Shown here: piece by piece, positions 42,332 through 51,327 of the stretch
How positions within the stretch are numbered: the first letter of the stretch is position 1
How the letters are laid out: the number at the start of each line of letters is the position of its first letter
NCBI GenBank assembly: GCA_963812015.1
Contig: CAWETI010000003.1
Span: 992,001 to 1,056,000 of the forward strand
Origin: an uncultured delta proteobacterium
GTDB lineage: Bacteria > Desulfobacterota > Desulfobaccia > Desulfobaccales > 0-14-0-80-60-11
Direction of reading: 5' to 3'
DNA length: 64,000 nt
Translations under genes and position numbers: made by a program
The notes under the pieces: model-generated
What the model saw: the letters and a program-made list of their open reading frames with translations, nothing else
Databases searched by the model: none
Told to the model about the DNA's origin: nothing

Positions 42332-43084
42332 TCAATCCTTCCGGTTGATCAGGGCCGCCAGGTAGCCGGCGCCGAAACCGTTGTCGATGTTGACCACGGC
42401 CAGGCCGGTGGCGCAGGAATTGAGCATGGCCAGAAGCGCGGCCAGGCCGCCGAACGAGGCGCCGTAGCCTACGCTGGTGGGCACCGCGATCACCGGCTGG
42501 TCCACCAGCCCCGCCACCACGCTGGGGAGGGCCCCTTCCATGCCCGCAGCCACGATGAAGCAGGTGGCCTGGGCCAGCAGGTCCTGGTGGGCCAGGAGAC
42601 GGTGGAGCCCGGCCACCCCCACGTCGTAGAGGGCTTCGGCCCGGTGGCCCATGATCCGGGCGGTGACCAGGGCCTCTTCGGCCACGGGGATATCGGAGGT
42701 GCCGGCCGAGATGACCAGGATCAAGCCCCGGCCCCGGTGGGGAACTTCCCCCCGGCTGAGGGTGAAGGCCTGGGAATCGGGGTAATAGCTGGCGGTGGGA
42801 AAGTCGAGCTGCAACGCCGCGGCCTGGTTGGGGGCCAGGCGCGTTACCAGGATATGGTCGGCCCGGGCGCTGAGAGAGGTGAGAATGCCCCGGATCTGGT
42901 CCAGGCTCTTGCCGGCGGCGAACACCACCTCGGGGAAACCCTGGCGGAGCTGGCGGTGATGGTCCACCCGGGCGAACCCCAGGTCTTCAAAGGGCAGGGT
43001 CCGGAGGCGCTCCAGGGCTGCGTCCACCGCCAGCTTCCCCTCCCGAACCTCCTCCAACAAGCGCTCCAGAACTTTGCTATCCAT
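42332..43084 (-). CDS. larB: Nickel pincer cofactor biosynthesis protein LarB
   Basis: DHHR..R.GFPEVV, AGTSD.PVAEEA, DVGVAG.HRL, AGMEGAL, PTSVGYG, NIDNGFGA. Confidence 0.93.
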   Translation of the reverse strand: MDSKVLERLLEEVREGKLAVDAALERLRTLPFEDLGFARVDHHRQLRQGFPEVVFAAGKSLDQIRGILTSLSARADHILVTRLAPNQAAALQLDFPTASYYPDSQAFTLSRGEVPHRGRGLILVISAGTSDIPVAEEALVTARIMGHRAEALYDVGVAGLHRLLAHQDLLAQATCFIVAAGMEGALPSVVAGLVDQPVIAVPTSVGYGASFGGLAALLAMLNSCATGLAVVNIDNGFGAGYLAALINRKD

Positions 43085-43196
43085 GCATCATTCCTTAACC
43101 GAGACCGGCGCGAAAGTCAAATGGAAGGGGAGGGTCTGGCCGGGACCTAGGCAGGGCGCGCCCCCTGCCGATCAGGCCTTCCCTGGGATTTATACT

Positions 43197-43288
43197 TATT
43201 GCCAAAAGTCTTGTCTCAATTCACCCCTCACCCTGACCCTCTCCCCTCGAAGGGGAGAGGGAATAAGAAGAAAGGACTTTTGGCAATG
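43197..43288. repeat. Small palindromic repeat element (CCCTCACCC/CTCTCCC..GGGAGAG type) with outer IRs
   Basis: ATTGCCAAAAGTC ... GACTTTTGGCAAT enclosing CCCTCTCCCCT-CGA-AGGGGAGAGGG. Confidence 0.7.
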
Positions 43289-43295
43289 GCGATAA

Positions 43296-44429
43296 TCATC
43301 GGGGCGCCAGTTTACCCTCCGGGGTCACCCGGTAAGAGCGCCCCCCCCAGGAGACCCGGCTACCCAGGAAGCTCGAAAGCCAGAGGCCGAAGGAGAGCAG
43401 GTCTTTCAGGGGCAGGAGGGCAAAGGCCCAAGGGGGCAGCTCGCCCTTGAGGCAACGGCGCTCGGAGAAAATCGCCAAAGTTCCCCGGAGGGCCAGGGTG
43501 GCCGCCACCAGCCCCCAGGCCCAGGGGGCCAGGCCTGCGGCCAGGAGAATGGCGAGGCTGTAGACCAGGGCGTGGGTGATGCCGTAGGCCAGATAACCAC
43601 CGGGGCGGCAAACCCGGTAGGTGCGGGCCCAGCGGAGCTGGTGGGCCAGATAGGCTGAAAAACTCATCTCCGGGTTATTGGTCTCCACCACGGTAGCCAG
43701 GATGTTGACCTGCAGTCCGGTTTGGGCGACCCTGAACCCCAACTGATAGTCGTCCGCCAAAAAGTCGGCCAGGGGGGCCAGGCCGCCGATGGCGGTGAGG
43801 GCCTGCCGGGTCAGGGCCATGGCGGCCCCCAGGGCGAAGCGGATGTCCTCCACCGATTTGGCTGCGGCTACGGAAGGGATGAAATCCCCGGCGATGGTCA
43901 GGGCCTCCAGTGCGGCCCCCAGGGTACGGATGCGGCCGGCCCGGTAAAGACAGCTCACCAGGCCCACCCCCGGCTGTCTGAAGGCCGCGGCCACCTGGGC
44001 GAGATAATCGGGGCCCACCAACACATCCCCGTCGGCAATCACCAGGAGGTCATACCGGGCCCGGGGCATGAGCTGGCGCAGGGTGCTGATCTTGGGATTG
44101 AGACCCAGGTCCTCCGGACAGATGACAATTTCCAGGTCGCACCGGGGATGGGCTCGCTGTAACTCCCGGAGGAGGTCCACCACGGGGTTGTCGGGGTGCC
44201 GGACCCCGAAGAGCACCTGGTAGGGATGGTAATTTTGGGTCAGAAAGCTGGTCAGGCACTCCCGGGAGAGGGGCTCCAGGCCTTTGAGGGGCTTGAAGAC
44301 GGTGATGCCGGGGCCGTTAGGGACCAGCGGGGCAGGGGAGGGGGGGCGGAAAAACCGCCCCAGGGAGACCAGGGCGAGGAACTGGTAAAACCAGGCTGCC
44401 GCCAGGAGGAAAAAAATCGGATAAGCCAT
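43296..44429 (-). CDS. hpnI: Hopanoid biosynthesis glycosyltransferase HpnI (ceramide glucosyltransferase-like)
   Basis: KPLKG, NPK, DGD, LADDY.LG, HQLRWART. Confidence 0.88.
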   Translation of the reverse strand: MAYPIFFLLAAAWFYQFLALVSLGRFFRPPSPAPLVPNGPGITVFKPLKGLEPLSRECLTSFLTQNYHPYQVLFGVRHPDNPVVDLLRELQRAHPRCDLEIVICPEDLGLNPKISTLRQLMPRARYDLLVIADGDVLVGPDYLAQVAAAFRQPGVGLVSCLYRAGRIRTLGAALEALTIAGDFIPSVAAAKSVEDIRFALGAAMALTRQALTAIGGLAPLADFLADDYQLGFRVAQTGLQVNILATVVETNNPEMSFSAYLAHQLRWARTYRVCRPGGYLAYGITHALVYSLAILLAAGLAPWAWGLVAATLALRGTLAIFSERRCLKGELPPWAFALLPLKDLLSFGLWLSSFLGSRVSWGGRSYRVTPEGKLAPR

Positions 44430-44704
44430 GGCACCCATCAAATCTCAGGTTCTCATGTAGGGGGGGGCTGCGGCCCCATCGCGCGCCGCGCCCGGTCAGG
44501 GAGTCAACTGCCCGGAAATGCTGGCCCATCATAGCATCTTCCCGGGAAAAAGCCACCAGATAGCATAACCGGCGCCTTGGGCTCTTGCCTTTGGTGTGAT
44601 CCATCTTATCTTAATGCCAGTATTGGCTGGAATTTGGGCCCAATCCGGGCGCAACCATTGCCAGCCGGTGGATCAGCGATAAACCCCTCAAGCACAGGAG
44701 GCAC

Positions 44705-45046
44705 ATGATGGGAGCAATAAACTGGCGGGATAACTGGCCCTCGGCCCTGGAAGAGGCCAAAAAGGAAAACCGCCGCGTGTTGCTGGAACTTTATATGGAC
44801 GGGTGCCCTCATTGTACGCACCTGCACAATGAAACCCATATCGATGCGGGTGTGGTCCAGGAGCTCAATTCCAAATACATCCCGGTTAAGCTGGAAGGGC
44901 GCAGTCACATGGACATCGTCAAACAATTCAACGTCACCGGGGCGCCCACCACCCTGGTCTTCGACTCCGACGGCAAAGAATTGCACCGGTTTCCCGGTTA
45001 TTACTCGCCGTTGGAATACTTGAAAGAACTGGAGAAGGCCCTCTAA
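44705..45046 (+). CDS. Thioredoxin-fold protein (CPHC)
   Basis: INW...ALEEAK, GCPHC, GAPT; AGGAGG RBS. Confidence 0.88.
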   Translation: MMGAINWRDNWPSALEEAKKENRRVLLELYMDGCPHCTHLHNETHIDAGVVQELNSKYIPVKLEGRSHMDIVKQFNVTGAPTTLVFDSDGKELHRFPGYYSPLEYLKELEKAL

Positions 45047-45341
45047 CGGCCCAAGGCTTCCCCGGGGCCGGCTTTGGCGACGGGCTCCCTGAACGGTTTC
45101 GGGGGGCCCGATTTCCCGGCCTGGGTCGGTTCCGGCGGCGCGGGGTTTCCGGGCCGGCGGGTTACCCCTGTTGGCCGGGTCGCCTTGCGGACGCCAGCCT
45201 CATTGAACGACGCTCACTGCGGATTTCCTACCTCATTCCGGCCATTCTGAATTGCCAAGCGGGGAAAATTTTTATAGTATAAGGCTGCACGTTGTTCCGA
45301 GGCCGGCGCCTCCGGAGATCATTAGCGCAGCAAGGGGATAC

Positions 45342-46343
45342 ATGAGTTTTCGCGCCAAGCATGCATTTTTGGTTTTGGTGGTTTTGGCAATTTTCACCGT
45401 GGCAGCAGGATTTGCAGCGGGCGAGGAGGAAGGGTTCGAGGTATCCGCCCGCTCCTTCGTCCTGATGGATGCCAAAACCGGCAATATCTTACTATCCCTC
45501 AACCCTCAGCTCTTTTGGCCTCCGGCCAGCACCCTCAAGGTCATGACCGCCATGTCGGTGGTGGAGCATTTGAAGATGGACGACAAGGTGAGCGTCAGCC
45601 AGTACGCGGCGTCGGCGTCGCCGTCCAAGATCGGCATTAAACCGGGAGAGACCTATACGGTGCGGGATTTGCTCTATGCCCTGCTGCTGAATTCGGCCAA
45701 TGACGCGGCCCGGGCCCTGGCGGAAAAGGTGAGCGGCAGTGAGCAAGCCTTTGCCCATCAGCTTACCCAGGAGGTGCGGCAGTGGGGCGCCTACCGGACT
45801 ACCTGCGCCACCGCCAACGGCCTGCCGGCGGACAATCAGTACTCCACCGCCCAGGACCTGGCCCTGATGTTTCGGCGGGCCATGAGCAACCCGGAGCTGG
45901 CCAAGATCATGTCCACCAAATATTACCTTATCCAGGGGGACCGGGAACTAAGGAACCATAACCGCTTCCTGTTCACCACGCCCATGGCCGTGGCGGGGAA
46001 AACCGGCTACACCCGGGCCTCCAAGCACACCTATGTGGGGATGTTTAAGAACGGCGACCAGGAGATCATCGTCGCCATGATGGGGAGCACGAAGAAATGG
46101 GCCGATCTGCGGCCGCTGATTGAAAAGGGGTTTGAACTGGACGGTGCGCCCATCGCCAAACTGCCGCCGGCGGAAGAGAAGCTCTGGTTCGGCAAAAGTG
46201 GCGGGGGGAAGGCCGCCCGGGCCTCGAAGCGGTCCAGCCGGAATCGGCGGTGCAAGGTGGTGATGGGCTCCGCGGCGTCGATGCCGGCCAAGAAAAAAGC
46301 GGCCAGCAAGAGAAAGTCCAAGAGCCGGCAGGAAGAGTCCTGA
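45342..46343 (+). CDS. D-alanyl-D-alanine carboxypeptidase (S11)
   Basis: PASTLK, SAN, GKTGYT motifs; signal peptide. Confidence 0.92.
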   Translation: MSFRAKHAFLVLVVLAIFTVAAGFAAGEEEGFEVSARSFVLMDAKTGNILLSLNPQLFWPPASTLKVMTAMSVVEHLKMDDKVSVSQYAASASPSKIGIKPGETYTVRDLLYALLLNSANDAARALAEKVSGSEQAFAHQLTQEVRQWGAYRTTCATANGLPADNQYSTAQDLALMFRRAMSNPELAKIMSTKYYLIQGDRELRNHNRFLFTTPMAVAGKTGYTRASKHTYVGMFKNGDQEIIVAMMGSTKKWADLRPLIEKGFELDGAPIAKLPPAEEKLWFGKSGGGKAARASKRSSRNRRCKVVMGSAASMPAKKKAASKRKSKSRQEES

Positions 46344-46359
46344 GACCCCGGAGAATCCT

Positions 46360-46656
46360 ATGGCTTTGGCCTCAAAAGGCTTATTCAATAAAGTGAAAAA
46401 CCGGCCAACCCGGCGGCGGTTCGTGGTGTCCACCATCCGCAAGGGCGAAGACAGTTTTGAAACCGCCATCTTCGAGGCCAATTTTTTCTATATCCCCCGG
46501 CGCTGGAACCAGCCGGACCTCACCGTGGCAACCTCTACCCCCGACGAGGCCTGGACCCTGCATTACCGGCTGACGGTTCGGTTCACCCAGGAGCATCCCC
46601 TCCGCCTCCTCCAGGAATACCTGGAGGACGCCAAGGCCGGGCCGACGTCCGGGTGA
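46360..46656 (+). CDS. Hypothetical protein
   Basis: 98-aa ORF with VST...FETAIF motif; GGAG RBS. Confidence 0.7.
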   Translation: MALASKGLFNKVKNRPTRRRFVVSTIRKGEDSFETAIFEANFFYIPRRWNQPDLTVATSTPDEAWTLHYRLTVRFTQEHPLRLLQEYLEDAKAGPTSG

Positions 46657-46823
46657 CGTTTCTTCACGACCCGATACCCCTAAAATTTTTGGCGCAGCAT
46701 CCGAGGCGGCCGGCGCCGTCCGGCCCATCAGCACGTTCCGGGTTGGGAGGGCAGGGCCCCGGGTGGATAACCCACCGGCCCGGAGAGGCCCTCATTTCCC
46801 GGGTGTCCGCTTGCAGTGATTCG

Positions 46824-47504
46824 TCAGGTCAAATCCACCCGCTTGACGCCGGGGAGTTCAAAAACCTCCTGCAGCATCTGGCGGTCAGGGTGAGCGGTCC
46901 GAATTCGCAGGAGAAAGTTCGCGGTGACCTCCTGCCTTTCCAGGTCCTTTCTTAAACCGAAATTGATCACCTCAAAGGCATGTTTCTTGATGATCTCCTG
47001 GATGCGGCTGAACTGGCCGTCCAGATCTTGGGAGAGGATGGTCATTTCCTGATACCAGTCCTTCTTTAATCTCTTCTCAAAGAACTTGATACCCACCAGG
47101 GAGAAAACCGTCAGGCCAGACACCACGGAGCCATAAAGATAAAATCCTGCTCCGATGGCCAAGCCGATGGCGCATACAACCCAGACACAGGCGGCCGTGG
47201 TCAGGCCTCTGATGGTATCCTTATAGGTGAGGATCACCCCGGCTCCCAAAAAGCCGATGCCGGTGACGGCCTGAGCCGCAATCCGGCCGGGGTCCATGCG
47301 CAGGGATTCCGGTAGTAGCTTATCACCCATGTGAGTAGAGAGATAGATGGAAATGACCATGATCAAGGCTGAACCGAGGCACAGGATGAGATAGGTCCTG
47401 ATGCCGGCCGGCCGGCCGTGCACCTCTCGCTCGAATCCCACGAACGCTCCAAGGATTGCGGCCAAGAGCAATCTGAAAAGAATCTCCCCATCATGAGGCG
47501 TCAT
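46824..47504 (-). CDS. MgtC/SapB family protein
   Basis: G.ERE....AG.RT, DPGRIAAQ..TGIGFLGAG.I, GLTTAA. Confidence 0.93.
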   Translation of the reverse strand: MTPHDGEILFRLLLAAILGAFVGFEREVHGRPAGIRTYLILCLGSALIMVISIYLSTHMGDKLLPESLRMDPGRIAAQAVTGIGFLGAGVILTYKDTIRGLTTAACVWVVCAIGLAIGAGFYLYGSVVSGLTVFSLVGIKFFEKRLKKDWYQEMTILSQDLDGQFSRIQEIIKKHAFEVINFGLRKDLERQEVTANFLLRIRTAHPDRQMLQEVFELPGVKRVDLT

Positions 47505-47644
47505 GTCCCGTTCTCCTTTAACCTTGGGAACTCATAGTGCTGCGGATCATTGCGAAATTTTGACAGGTTGCTGACTGCCGTCAGCCCCAGGCCCCCTATG
47601 AACGTGAGGCTGGAGACCTGCGGGAAGAATGAGGGGTAGAGGTT

Positions 47645-48451
47645 CTATGAGAGGCCCCAGACCGCAATCCCGGCCTGGTCCGCGGCTTTGAGCATCTCCG
47701 GGCGGTCGAAGATCAGGGTCTTGCCGGCCTCGATGGCCAGCACCGCGGCCTTAACCTCCCGCATGGTGGCGATGGTGTCCAGACCCACGGCGGGCACGTC
47801 AAACCGGAGGTCTTGGTCGGGCTTGCTCACCTTGACCACCACGACGCCGGGACCGGCCAGGGCGGCGCCCCGGCGAATGGTCTCATCGGTGCCTTCGATG
47901 GTCTCCAGGGCCACCACTACCTGGCGCCGCACCACGGCGCACTGGCCGATGTCCAGACGGCCCAACTCCTTGGCCGTGTGAAGCCCCAGGTTGAGGTCCT
48001 CCATCTCCCCGGGGGTGGGAGGGCGGCGGCTGAGTTGGCCGGGGGTAGCCAGGAGGTCATCCATGAAGAGGGTGGAGGGGGCGATGGTGATGCCTTCCCG
48101 GGCCAGCTCGTCAGCCACGGCCCTGAGGAGTCGGTCGTCCCGGCCGGCGCCGGCCCGGCGGATGACGCTGAGGGCCCGCCAGTCCGGGCGCAACTCCCGG
48201 AACAGGCGGCCCCGGCTGATGCCGCCGGCCATGACCGCCTGACGGACGCCGGCGGCCTTGAAAATGCGGATGATTTTGCCCAGTTGGCCCACGTAGATCC
48301 AGTGGAGTTCGGCTACGAGGGAGGCCAGGGCCGGATCGGTTTCTCCCCGGTGGGCTACCGCGATGACCGCGGCGCCCTGCTGCCGGGCGGCCCGGGCGAA
48401 CAGGAGGGGGAACTGGCCCTTACCCGCGATTAAGCCGATGTTCTCGGACAT
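47645..48451 (-). CDS. lpxI: UDP-2,3-diacylglucosamine diphosphatase
   Basis: IGLIAG.G.FP, DIGQ, EGTD, KP.QDLRFD.P. Confidence 0.92.
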   Translation of the reverse strand: MSENIGLIAGKGQFPLLFARAARQQGAAVIAVAHRGETDPALASLVAELHWIYVGQLGKIIRIFKAAGVRQAVMAGGISRGRLFRELRPDWRALSVIRRAGAGRDDRLLRAVADELAREGITIAPSTLFMDDLLATPGQLSRRPPTPGEMEDLNLGLHTAKELGRLDIGQCAVVRRQVVVALETIEGTDETIRRGAALAGPGVVVVKVSKPDQDLRFDVPAVGLDTIATMREVKAAVLAIEAGKTLIFDRPEMLKAADQAGIAVWGLS

Positions 48452-49229
48452 CCGCCGGGAGCAGGCCCCGATCCGAAGCCTCCAGAAACGCCAGGAGGTG
48501 CTGAATCTCGGGGGTCTGAGGCAATTCTTCTTTAATCCGGGTGAGGGCCTCTTTCTGGTTCAACTCCGAGAGGAACAGGAGTTCATAGGCCCGTTTCAGG
48601 GGTTGCAGGGTAGAGTCCGTAAAGCCATGCCGTTTCAAGCCCACCAGGTTGAGACCCACCAGTTTGGCCCGGTTGCCCACCGCCATGGCGTAAGGGGGAA
48701 CGTCCCGATGCACCGCCGAACACCCGCCCACAAAGGCGTGACGGCCGATATGGCAAAACTGGTGGACCGCCGAGAGCCCCCCCAGGATGGCGTAGTCCTC
48801 CAGGGTGATGTGACCGCCCAGGGTCGCGGCGTTGGACATGATGACGCCGTTGCCCACCTGGCAGTCGTGGGCCACGTGGGTATAGGCCATGAACAGGTTG
48901 CCGTGGCCGATGCGGGTGGTGCCGGCGCCACCGGCGGTACCCCGGTGCAGGGTGGCGAACTCCCGGATGGTGTTGCCGTCGCCGATGATCAGGTGGGATT
49001 CCTCACCCTGGTATTTCAGGTCCTGGGGAATTTCGCCGATGACCGCGAACTGGAAAATCTCGCACTTGTTGCCGATGGTGGTGAGGTCTTTAATCACCAC
49101 GTGGGAGCCGATGTGGGTATCGTGGCCGATCACCACCCGGCCCTGAATGATGCTATAAGGGCCTACGGTGACGCCATTACCCAGCTCGACGGTTTTATCC
49201 ACCAGGGCGGTGGGGTGAACCTGGGCCAT
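48420..49229 (-). CDS. lpxA: UDP-N-acetylglucosamine acyltransferase
   Basis: Hexapeptide repeats, PQDLKY, IRE..T.HRGT, HVAHDC, HQF. Confidence 0.96.
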   Translation of the reverse strand: MAQVHPTALVDKTVELGNGVTVGPYSIIQGRVVIGHDTHIGSHVVIKDLTTIGNKCEIFQFAVIGEIPQDLKYQGEESHLIIGDGNTIREFATLHRGTAGGAGTTRIGHGNLFMAYTHVAHDCQVGNGVIMSNAATLGGHITLEDYAILGGLSAVHQFCHIGRHAFVGGCSAVHRDVPPYAMAVGNRAKLVGLNLVGLKRHGFTDSTLQPLKRAYELLFLSELNQKEALTRIKEELPQTPEIQHLLAFLEASDRGLLPADVREHRLNRG

Positions 49230-49231
49230 GC

Positions 49232-49687
49232 CTATTCCTCCCCTTGACCCACCGCAGCCATGACCTCGCCTTCGGCTACCAGGGTTTGGTCGACAAGGGC
49301 CTGTGCCTTCATTTTCCAGAACTTTTTGCCGCTCCGGAGAACTTCCACCATGATCCGCAGTTGATCTCCCGGGATCACTGGCTGGCGGAAACGCACCTTG
49401 TCCATACCCAGGAGGAAGAGGGCAGGATTGCCCAGGTTTTCCGGGGTGGACAACAGGGCCAGGATGCCCCCCACCTGGGCCATGGCCTCGACGATGAGGA
49501 CCCCAGGCATGATGGGGCGGCCGGGGAAATGCCCCTGGAAAAAGGGCTCGTTGATGGTGACGTTTTTCAGCCCCTCTATCCGCTTGCCCAGCTCCAGGTT
49601 AATGACGCGGTCTACCAGGAGAAAGGGATAGCGGTGGGGGAGAACCCGTTGAATTTCTTCCAGACTCAGGGTCTGCGGCGGGGTCAT
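49232..49687 (-). CDS. fabZ: 3-hydroxyacyl-ACP dehydratase
   Basis: [27 protein letters not shown]. Confidence 0.97.
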   Translation of the reverse strand: MTPPQTLSLEEIQRVLPHRYPFLLVDRVINLELGKRIEGLKNVTINEPFFQGHFPGRPIMPGVLIVEAMAQVGGILALLSTPENLGNPALFLLGMDKVRFRQPVIPGDQLRIMVEVLRSGKKFWKMKAQALVDQTLVAEGEVMAAVGQGEE

Positions 49688-50727
49688 GGTTCCGGCTCCA
49701 GCTTCAGTCTGGCGGAGAGTTCGCTCACGCTTTGTTCCAACCTTTTCAGCCGTTGATACATCTCAGGGAGTTGGGGGAGATGGCCCATGATCTGGAGCCA
49801 TTCCCGGTGAGGCCGGATCGGAGAGCCTGATACCGTCTGGCCGGGGGGAACGGAGTGGTTCACGCCGGATTGGGCTCCCACCTGAACCCCGTCTCCCAGC
49901 TCAAGGTGACCGGTTACCCCCACCTGTCCCGCCAGGGCCACCCTCTTGCCCAGTTTAGTGGACCCGGAGACTCCTACCTGGGCCACCAGGAAAGAATATT
50001 CCCCCACTTCGACATTGTGGGCCAGGTGCACCAGGTTGTCCAGCTTGACGCCCCGGCCCAACCGGGTGGCACCCAGAGCCCCCCGGTCGATGGCGCAATT
50101 GGCTCCGATCTCGACGTCATCCTCGATAACTACCGTCCCCAATTGGGGGATTTTGACGACGCCTTCATCTCCGGGGATAAATCCGAAGCCGTCGGAGCCG
50201 ATCACCGTGCCGCTGTGAATGATGCACCGGGCCCCCACCGTGCATCGCTCCCGGATAGTGACGTTGGGATAGACCAGGGTGTCGGCGCCGATCCGGACTT
50301 CATCGCCGATGACGCAGCCGGGCATAATGGTGACCCGGTCGCCTAGGTGGGCGCCGTCGCCGATAAAGACCAGGGGGGCGATGGAGACCTCCTGGCCCAG
50401 CGCCACTCCCGGTCCCAGGCAGGCCAGATCGCTGATCCCGGGCCAGCGGCGCAAGGGTGGGGCGAAGAGGCCGGCCACCCGGGCGTAGGCCAGATAGGGG
50501 TGAGGCACGATGATCAGGGGCCGGGGCAGCCGGGCGTATTCCGGGGAAACGATAAAGGCCGCGGCCCGGCTCTGATCTACCAGGCGGGCGAACCGCCTCT
50601 GGGTGATGAAGGTGATCTCCCGGGACGTGGCTTGATCGATAGGGGCAATGCCCTCAATGGCAAGATCGGGCGGTCCTTGGAGTTCGCCTCCCAGAAAGAC
50701 CGCCAGTTCGCCCAGGGTCCGTGTCAT
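49684..50727 (-). CDS. lpxD: UDP-3-O-acylglucosamine N-acyltransferase
   Basis: [26 protein letters not shown]. Confidence 0.96.
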   Translation of the reverse strand: MTRTLGELAVFLGGELQGPPDLAIEGIAPIDQATSREITFITQRRFARLVDQSRAAAFIVSPEYARLPRPLIIVPHPYLAYARVAGLFAPPLRRWPGISDLACLGPGVALGQEVSIAPLVFIGDGAHLGDRVTIMPGCVIGDEVRIGADTLVYPNVTIRERCTVGARCIIHSGTVIGSDGFGFIPGDEGVVKIPQLGTVVIEDDVEIGANCAIDRGALGATRLGRGVKLDNLVHLAHNVEVGEYSFLVAQVGVSGSTKLGKRVALAGQVGVTGHLELGDGVQVGAQSGVNHSVPPGQTVSGSPIRPHREWLQIMGHLPQLPEMYQRLKRLEQSVSELSARLKLEPEP

Positions 50728-50734
50728 GAAGCCT

Positions 50735-51247
50735 CTATTGGCCGTAGTGGCTGCGCACCTTATCGGTGATATCCATTTTGGGATCCATGAAGAGGAGGCC
50801 GGAATTGCGCTTGTCCAGGATTAAATCCAGCTTCTCTTGCTGGGCTACAGCTTTGACGACGGTATCCAATTTCTGGAGTAACGGCGTCATTTGTTGTTCC
50901 TGGAACTGCTGCATTTGCTTCTCGCCATCGGCCTGCTTCTTTTCAAAGTCCCGCATCCTCTTTTCCAATGCTTCCGCCTTTTGCTTACGGGCATCTTCTT
51001 TCATCACGCCAGCCTGCTTTTGAAATTCTTCCACCTGTTTTTGCAGGTCCTGACGCTCCTGGGCAATCGGCCGGCCCAGTTCCTCGGATTTCCGTTTAAT
51101 TGCATCCTGGGCCCGTTTTCCATCGGCAGACTTGGAGACCACGTCCATACTGTCCACGATGGCGACTTTAAAATCGGCGTGCGCCGCCCATGCCGACGTC
51201 AGAATTAAAACCGCGGCTAACACTATTCCCACACCCAATTTAGACAT
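50735..51247 (-). CDS. skp: OmpH/Skp periplasmic chaperone
   Basis: Signal peptide, coiled coil, DIT..V end; between bamA and lpxD. Confidence 0.92.
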   Translation of the reverse strand: MSKLGVGIVLAAVLILTSAWAAHADFKVAIVDSMDVVSKSADGKRAQDAIKRKSEELGRPIAQERQDLQKQVEEFQKQAGVMKEDARKQKAEALEKRMRDFEKKQADGEKQMQQFQEQQMTPLLQKLDTVVKAVAQQEKLDLILDKRNSGLLFMDPKMDITDKVRSHYGQ

Positions 51248-51327
51248 TACAACCTCCTGAGTTGATCGAATAAGGTAATTTCCCGGCGGGTTATCCCGCA
51301 CCAGAAAAATCTGCTTTTATCCCCTGC

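Noticed and set aside
44705..45046. Second selenoprotein candidate
   Set aside because: The CPHC motif is encoded by ordinary Cys codons; there is no in-frame UGA.
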